Part shown: in pieces, positions 55,521-64,000 of the stretch
How positions within the stretch are numbered: the first letter of the stretch is position 1
Layout of the letters: each line of letters opens with the position of its first letter
Assembly (NCBI GenBank): GCA_964016885.1
Contig: OZ024747.1
Location: 76,012,001-76,076,000, forward strand
Direction of reading: 5' to 3'
From: Eledone cirrhosa
Lineage: Eukaryota
Length of the DNA stretch: 64,000 bases
Made by a program: the position numbers and the translations under genes
Notes under the pieces: model-generated
What the model saw: only the letters and a program-made list of their open reading frames with translations
What the model was told of the DNA's origin: nothing
The model's database searches: none

Positions 55521-56689
55521 GGAGGAGGAGGAGGAGGAGGAGGATAATATAAATAATGTTTTGAAAATCCTCGAAATATTTATAGAAATCTTTGCAAACA
55601 ATAATTAAAATTAGAAAAGATCTGGAAATTGAAATAAGATTTGTTGAATAGAAGAGGAAAAGGTACTAAGGCAAAGATTATGGAAACAAAAAACCTCAAA
55701 TCTAAAATATTTTGAATTATATGAAATCTTAGAACCATAGTCATAGAACAGGCAATATATGACAGGCCCAGTAGAATAAAAAAAACGCGGGAAAAGAAAA
55801 GAAATCAGTATAAAATCTCTTAAATTAGAGGAAAAAAAGCAACAATGAAAATAATTGAAAGTTTAGAAAAGTGGAACCCAGCAGCAATCTTGTTTATTAG
55901 CAGCAAACTAATGAAGTATCAGTAGTAGCGTACATCCTCTTCAAGAACATTGAACTTATTCGGTTGTATTGAAAAATGACTCGGAGAAGAGAGAACTAGT
56001 AAATATTATTATGAAAAACTTTGGCAAAAATCGAGCTGAAAACCATAGAAATTTCGTAAAATTAATGAAATAATATCACGACAGCGTGTTTAAGTGAGTC
56101 TACCATTTTATTTTGTAATTAACGCAAATGGAATGATAAACAATTACTAGTGTAAGACCAGCTATATGTTATCTACGGCTATAGAATTTGGAACGTGACA
56201 CCAAATAGCTATAATTGATTCTGTAAAGGAGGTTTAATTATATTCTTACCTTATTTTTGTTGTTGTTCCTTAATGTTTCTGTCCTATAAAAGAGAAAAAC
56301 AAATTGACAATGCACATCTGTATGTATGTATCTATGTATTTATGTATTTATGTATGTATGTATGTATGTATGTATGTATAGAGCCGTAACTTTTGAGGGA
56401 GGCATAGAGGCGCCGTATTCACATACGCTGTTTCTAGCCCGTCTTTTATTTTAAAACTTGACGAGGCCTTTCTCCTCTCCAGGATTTCTTCAACAGAAGG
56501 ATAGAGACAGTGAAAGATTAGAAGTGAAAGCACCCTTCGCCATAGGGATTTGGAAATTTATCTAATGGTCAAAAGCCTAGGTTAAAATGGTAACTATTCA
56601 CCGCGACTAAGGAATCGGTTTTCATCTCTTCTTAGATGGTCAACTTTGGAATTACATGCGAATAGCTGTTGCATTAATCTTTGACAGTG

Positions 56690-56850
56690 CTTATATTCGG
56701 ACGTCTGGCTGAGGACTTCCCCGATGAGGGTGTGACTAGAAGATATTGAGGAGATGTAGGCCGGTAGTATCAGATCCGAAACTGATCGGAGGCCGAGGCC
56801 ATCAAACCGCGCTGGGAGCGTTGCCTGTTGACAGCAGGCGCTGTCCAAAC
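56690..56850 (-). pseudogene. CRE/R2-group non-LTR RT thumb relic
   Basis: QATLPARFDGLGLRSVSDLILPAYISS resembles the QATLP.R.GGLGLRS..A.PAF.SS motif. Confidence 0.6.
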
Positions 56851-57939
56851 TAACATTGCAGATGAGTTCTGCACACCCTCGGATGGTGGTGTCGAGTTCA
56901 CCGAGGTAATCTTCCTGGGGGACGACAAGGTGCAGCGTGAATATTCTGGGGCATTGAGATTAATAGTTAAAAAGATAGATGACTCCAATAGCCTATTATT
57001 ATAATATATGTAGTGGGAAATTAAGAAAATTCCACCATTCCTGATATGTCACGTAAAGTAAACTCTGGCTTTAGTAGACTCTTGCAACAATAAAAGGCTT
57101 ATAAAATATCTCCAAAAATAAAACCAATCAACAGGACTCAAGTGCCTGCATACATTCATTTTAAAGAAACATTCGACCAGTATACATTCATTTTAAAGAA
57201 ACATTCGACCAGTATATGAAACAATCGCTATAAAAAAACACGGGTTCACACAGCAAAATATAGATAAACAATTTTTTCTAACGAAAAGATGATTTTTTCT
57301 TTGATAGCGAGGAGAAACAGAATCCAAAATGACTTGCGTTTGCATCGGTAGAAAATGCATTTTTATATAACAGAAATTTGGTATGACATGGTGTTAGAGA
57401 ATGAAAGGAATTGGTGTGTTCTTTTGGCTAAAAGACATAATTTAATCTGGTATCTAAATTGGAGGCACAAAATGTTCTCTTCCTCGGAAAAGGAACTTTG
57501 TTTGAATCGCCGGAAAATTTTCCTCCTTATGGCATACCCACTTAATTTTATTTTTATAACACTATATATTATCCGCTAGAATATCATTGCATGTTCTTTT
57601 ACATTAGCCGCGAGAAGAATGTACATGTTGACATTCTACTGACAACATTACCCAGCTGGAAGACATGCTATATCTGTAAGGGTGAATGTTTATCATTGTG
57701 CGCCTGAATATGTATGAATGTTGATAATAGGTTGTTTTGTTTTCTTCTTCTACTGCATACGCTGTGTACATTAACGAATATCTAAACAACTGTGAATATA
57801 TCTTAACGTATGCGTTCGTATAAAACCGGTCGCGTATGCATAAGAATGCGTAAATATTGAGTTGTCTTTAGATATTTCTTCTCGCTGAACAGACTGGTGT
57901 GGTGTATACTGTAAGTGCATTTGCGTGTATACGTCTATT

Positions 57940-57940
<1 letters not shown>

Positions 57941-58035
<95 letters not shown>

Positions 58036-58059
58036 CTCTCTCTCTTGTCATTCTCCTTG

Positions 58060-58150
<91 letters not shown>
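57941..58150. repeat. (CT)n microsatellites
   Basis: Direct inspection. Confidence 0.95.
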
Positions 58151-58153
<3 letters not shown>

Positions 58154-58256
58154 AAGGTTTGTTTATATTTTCCAAACTGAATATTTATAAAATGATTCTG
58201 TGTGCGTATATTTCCAAGCATTTAATACTGTATATATATATTTATATATATTTATT

Positions 58257-58325
<69 letters not shown>

Positions 58326-58922
58326 GCGTGTGTGTATACATATATATATATATACATCTAGTTGTTGTATATATATATATATGTATGTATGTATGTACAT
58401 ATATATATGTGTGTGGGTATGTATATATATATATATGTGTGTGTGTGTGCGTGTATGCATTTATATACATGAGTCAGCTAAATCGGCTGAGTGCTTTTTT
58501 ATGCATGGAATTTATATCATTTCAGTATTGTATCTATCCTCCACTTACTATAGCGCTTGTGTGTGCTTGTATGTATCAGTTAACACTACTTAATAATGTG
58601 TATGCATGTACTATTGTGTATATAGGTTGCCTCTAAAATATATAATTGGAGATATCATAGTTATGTACATGTACAACGTATACTAAGGTGAGAATGACTA
58701 TAAGAGCATATCTTACTGTAATATTTCATTTCTTATACGTTGCTTTTTGTGTAACTGTTTCGTAACGCAAGTGTTTTCATTTAATTTATTATTCTTTTTT
58801 GTTTGTTTTGTATGTGAGGAAAGATATATCTTTCTAAGAACAACTTTTAAGCAAATGTATTATAATTATCTCTGTGTATGTCTGCATATATAGAGATGTG
58901 TGTGTGTGTATGAGTGTCATCA

Positions 58923-59144
<222 letters not shown>

Positions 59145-59386
59145 ACGAATATTTACATGTATTTGTGTCTATACAAGTTTGTTCCATTAGTGGCAACACT
59201 TGCACAGATTCATTAAATTATCAACTTGAAGCAAACGAATCAGAGAAGAAATATCTTAACACGGTTTATTGGTAATAGTTTATCACACTTTATACGACAC
59301 CGTTTACAAATGACGTGAATACACAAATAGACATATGTATATATATATATAATAATAACATGTGGAGAGGAAGCACACGAGTTAGG

Positions 59387-59487
59387 ATATATATATATGA
59401 AAACGGAGAAAGAGACGATTATTAGGAAGGAAAATATATTTTTCTTCCTAATAATCGTCTCTTTCTCCGTTTTCATATATATATATA
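59387..59487. repeat. Spacerless palindrome, ~50-bp arms, TA-flanked
   Basis: GAAAACGGAGAAAGAGACGATTATTAGGAAG.. mirrored about 59436. Confidence 0.9.
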
Positions 59488-59616
59488 ATTAATCAAACAT
59501 GGTGGACGAAGACAAAGGGAATACCAAGGGAACACAGTACAGACCCTTCTCATCAGTCAACTGCTGGAGATTATCGTGGTATTGGTAATTTTATAGTCGA
59601 TATCACTAGCTCCACC

Positions 59617-59654
<38 letters not shown>

Positions 59655-59781
59655 AAAGTTTTATTTAAGATTGTTGGGTTACAACGAGTAAATATTTTAT
59701 AACTGATATAAAAGCACTCGACAGTTTCTGGAGTAGGTTTACGATATAAACAAATGGAAACTATATTTATAAAACCATATT

Positions 59782-59847
59782 TATTTCGTTATATATATTT
59801 CTGGCATATCATATTAAAAATATGTTATGCCTTCCTCAGACAAAATA
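59782..59847 (-). ncRNA. Type I hammerhead (family D relative)
   Basis: UAUUUUGU-CUGAGGA-A-GGCAUA.A.CAUAUU(UUU)AAUAUG.A.UAUGCC-A-GAAA-UAUAUA-UA-ACGAAAUA. Confidence 0.8.
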
Positions 59848-60188
59848 CAATACATAAGCTGTTTTATAAATAATTAGTGACATACCTTTTGAGAATGCAA
59901 CTTCCTTTTAAAAAAGTTGATTTGGTAGTGAAACTGTTATGATAGTTATATAGAAAGAAAACGAAGATGAGAAGAAGAGGGTGAAGAGATGTATGTAAAT
60001 GAAAAAGAAGATGAAGAGATGTATGCAAAGAGAAAAGAGATGTATGTAAAGAAAAACAACGGAGCGAGATAGAGAGACAAGGATAGTGAGAAATACATTG
60101 ATGGTGAAAAAAAAAAACATAGTAGGCTGCATTTTGACAGATGATCATCGTATATGTGAGAGGTTAAGGGAAGGGATACAGTTAGATT

Positions 60189-60660
60189 AGTGTATAGGAG
60201 AAAAAGAAAGAAAGATGATATATTTAAAATATATTAAAAATATATTATGTCTCATCCATTTGAATTATCAATTTTTATGACTTAGGCACTATAATGTAAA
60301 TACCAGTATTCATGAATGAGACACATATCTATAATGTGTAAAAAAAATGACCACATGCTCAGTTTAAAAATTCTTAGGTCTATAAGCAAAATCTGAGACA
60401 AAACTTCAAACATAAGTATATATGCATATATACTTATGTTTGAAGTTTTGTCTCAGATTTTGCTTATAGACCTAAGAATTTTTAAACTGAGCATGTGGTC
60501 ATTTTTTTTACACATTATAGATATGTGTCTCATTCATGAATACTGGTATTTACATTATAGTGCCTAAGTCATAAAAATTGATAATTCAAATGGATGAGAC
60601 ATAATATATTTTTAATATATTTTAAATATATCATCTTTCTTTCTTTTTCTCCTATACACT
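60189..60660. repeat. Perfect 472-bp palindrome with no spacer
   Basis: Centre TATG|CATA at 60424/60425; 236-bp arms. Confidence 0.92.
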
Positions 60661-60788
60661 GGCCTGAGTGACAAGATGGGGGAAGTTTATGATAAAGCTG
60701 GCATTGAAGCATCTTTAACAGAAAGTTGTGGTCATGAAACTATTAAATTAAACAATTTTACTATAGACCGAGGCATATTTCACGGGTT

Positions 60789-60850
<62 letters not shown>

Positions 60851-61045
60851 TATATATATAAAGATTTACATATACTTCTTGAATCATTCTAAAATATATA
60901 TCCACTATTTCACGTTGAGTTTACTTTATCTATCTATCGATCTATTTATCCATCACCACCTTGGAATTGAACCCATTTTCTCAAGATTTGGAGTAAAATA
61001 CATTAACAACTAACCCATCGTCTTCATGTGTATATAGTTATAACA

Positions 61046-61207
61046 TAATGGTTTCTACTTTTGGCACAATGCCAGCAATTATCCCAGTTCATTACTGGTA
61101 CTTTCGACCCCGTAAGGATGAAAGGCAAAGTTAACCTCGGCGGGATTTGAACTCAGACCATAAAGGGACGTAACTCTTTGTTGAAAAGCATGGCGTCCGA
61201 CCCTCTA
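61046..61207 (-). mobile_element. SINE family A, 5'-truncated
   Basis: Family sequence; flanked by TATATAGTTATAA(C/T)ATAAT. Confidence 0.82.
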
Positions 61208-62660
61208 TATATATATAGTTATAATATAATAACATATATACAGAGATAGAGTTTTGGTTAATATATGATATATGATGTGAAGATTTAATAAAACTTGGAT
61301 TACAATATTTTACTTGATCTTCTGTTTAAAGAAAGTTGAGTTCACAAGGCTCGTCACTTAGCCACAATAAAGGGTTTTCTGTGAATGTCCTGTTGATTGA
61401 TGCCTCACGCTTCACGCGCTGCTTTAAGGCATCTTTTTCTATTTCCCTCACTATGTATCTAACTCGATTGTCTTTAAATGACATTTCTTATATATAGATC
61501 AAGTAATCTTTCTGTAGGCAATCATTGAATCAATTACACCATAATCGTGGAATATACTCTACAACAATACCATAATATTCGTCGTTAGAATAGCATGAAA
61601 TATACTTTCTATGGCTTGGAACTCATGTCATTACATCGTACTTTGAGCTCCTTTGAAAGTATGCTGAATCAGTAGGGATCAAAGACGTTAATCTGAATAG
61701 AATTATGAACACCATCGTAATGATCGAGAGTAAATTTAATTCAGCTTCCTAGCATGAAGGCAAGTTAACACCAGCTTCGAGTATGTTTTATTATATTATC
61801 CTGTATTTCTGTCTATGTAGATATAAAACCTTTGGCTGGGGTTTAAACCTTCGGCTATTGAAGTAATTAAACCATTATGTCATAGTCTTGGTGGACACGT
61901 AGATGTAATGTATAATGCTATTTGATGTTAATTTAATAAGATTTGACTTATTGTACAGCACTCATCAATAGGATTTTCCGTTAATACTACTTGCGCTATA
62001 TATAAGAACATATTTAGCTTTAAATGAGAGTCCATTGAATATGACGGAAACTATATTCCCAGTTGGAATGTAATTTTCATTTACATGCCATAAATAATTT
62101 ACCGTTTTGAACTGTTAGATGTATCCAACCTACCTTAAAATAGAATGTGTCATCAGTTGCCTATGTAAGTCAAATCCCGCTTGTATAGGGTATTATTAAT
62201 GCTTATTAATACTTTGTATCTAAAAAGTATAGTATCCATCTGGAATAATAGTCTATTGCTATATTTCCTACAATTACTATAACTTAGCAGCGGTCCAAGG
62301 TGGGAGATCCTGGGCAGTTGCTTCATTTGCCAACATTAGCAGCCAAATTACTATAAAATAACACACTAGCATCTTTTAAAAAAATTTGAAGAACATTTAT
62401 ATCTTAGCCACTCACAGCATTTCAGCAACATGGATTACTGAACACACACACATTCGTAGTCTACGAAATATTTCGTTCCTTTCTTTCATATTCTTAACCT
62501 CTATCTTTCTATTTCAATATTCTCCTGGTGAAGGACTATTCTCCGTGACATTAAGACACTTTCCTACTACCAATCGTTAAACTAATATATTTCTTCATCG
62601 AGATGTATTGTTTGATTTATTGTTTCCGTTTACTTTTCATATATATATATATATATATAT

Positions 62661-62866
62661 ATTAGAAAGTGAGGTTTTTTTTACAAAATGAAAAATAACC
62701 GAGGTGTCCTACACGAGTGAAAGTATAAAGAAAAAGAGATGAAATCGAAAATGCAACTGGAGTCTTTTTTTTTTTTAAATATATATATTTATTTGGTTCC
62801 TTTACCGGTTTCACAGTTCTTCTGCTTTTCAAAAGGTGAGTTGAGATGGAGGGTCTGTGGTTTTTC

Positions 62867-62868
<2 letters not shown>
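62661..62868 (-). mobile_element. Family C copy 3
   Basis: Near-identical to 38256-38490; (TA)n on both sides. Confidence 0.82.
62799..62836 (-). ncRNA. Hammerhead variant with U3-A8 core
   Basis: CCUU-UUGAAAA-GCAG(AAGAA)CUGU-GAAA-C(CG)G-UA-AAGG. Confidence 0.68.
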
Positions 62869-62910
<42 letters not shown>

Positions 62911-63199
62911 TATAATAATATCTCTCTATATATATAGGGAGATAGATAGATATACATATACATACATACACACGTACACGCGCGTGCACACACACACACA
63001 CACATATATATATATAGATATAAATAAATATATTCATATATTTATGCGTGTGTTTAAGTGTCTGTGTGAGTCTAAGTGTGTACAATATGCGTGGTGTGTA
63101 ATATAAGATTCAAAAACATGTGTCGTTTTTGTTTATTAAGAAACCTTCTTACAGAGGTATTAAGTAGCAGCGACCGTTTCCTTCTTGAAGACGTTAGTA

Positions 63200-64000
63200 T
63201 ATACACACATACCCACGCACACACACATACCGACGCATACACACATACCCACACATCCACACACATACCGACGCATACACACATACCCACGCATACACAC
63301 ATACCCACGCATACACACATACCGACGCATACACACATACCCACGCACACACACATACCGACGCATACACACATACCCACACATCCACACACATACCGAC
63401 GCATACACACATACCCACGCATACACACATACCCACACATCCACACACATACCGACGCATACACACATACCCACGCACACACACATACCCACACATACAC
63501 ACACATCCACGCATACACACATACCCACACATACACACATACCCCCACATACACACACATCCACGCATACACACATACCCACGCACACACACATACCCCC
63601 ACATACACACACATCCACGCATACACACATACCCACGCACACACACATACCCACACATACACACACATCCACGCATACACACATACCCACGCACACACAC
63701 ATACCCCCACATACACACACATCCACGCATACACACATACCCACGCACACATACATACCCACACATACACACACATCCACGCATACACACATACCCACGC
63801 ACACACACATACCCACACATACACACACATCCACGCATACACACATACCCACACATACACACATACCCCCACATACACACACATCCACGCATACACACAT
63901 ACCCACGCACACACACATACCCACACATACACACACATCCACGCATACACACATACCCAGGCACACACACATACCCACACATACACACACATCCACGCAT
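63200..64000. repeat. CA-rich 18-bp-period minisatellite with ~54-bp higher-order pattern
   Basis: ACACACATACCCACGCAT variants; runs off the window end. Confidence 0.9.

Noticed and set aside
55080-56080. A-rich stretch faintly resembling an ancient RTE RT
   Set aside because: Too degraded to show a diagnostic motif by eye

Overview
Repeat-saturated, AT-rich eukaryotic DNA with no recognisable host gene; the SINE family and microsatellite load suggest a cephalopod (octopus-like) genome, which is an inference. 1-14.3 kb holds three head-to-tail Tx1/L1-clade LINEs separated by (GATA)n, the middle one a recombinant of its neighbours. The rest is microsatellite carrying a Helitron remnant, RTE and R4-type LINE fragments in (CATA)n, a hAT relic, many SINEs and a 5'-truncated Penelope-like element (GIY-YIG ORF, 830-bp inverted repeats). 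The main unannotated signal is a set of about a dozen type I hammerhead-ribozyme motifs, from roughly seven or eight sequence families, in small non-coding elements embedded in (TA)n and often forming fold-back palindromes. They include a retrozyme-like 469-nt tandem repeat, a U3-A8 covariant core family and a hammerhead with a ~115-nt stem II. All folds were read by eye and activity is untested.
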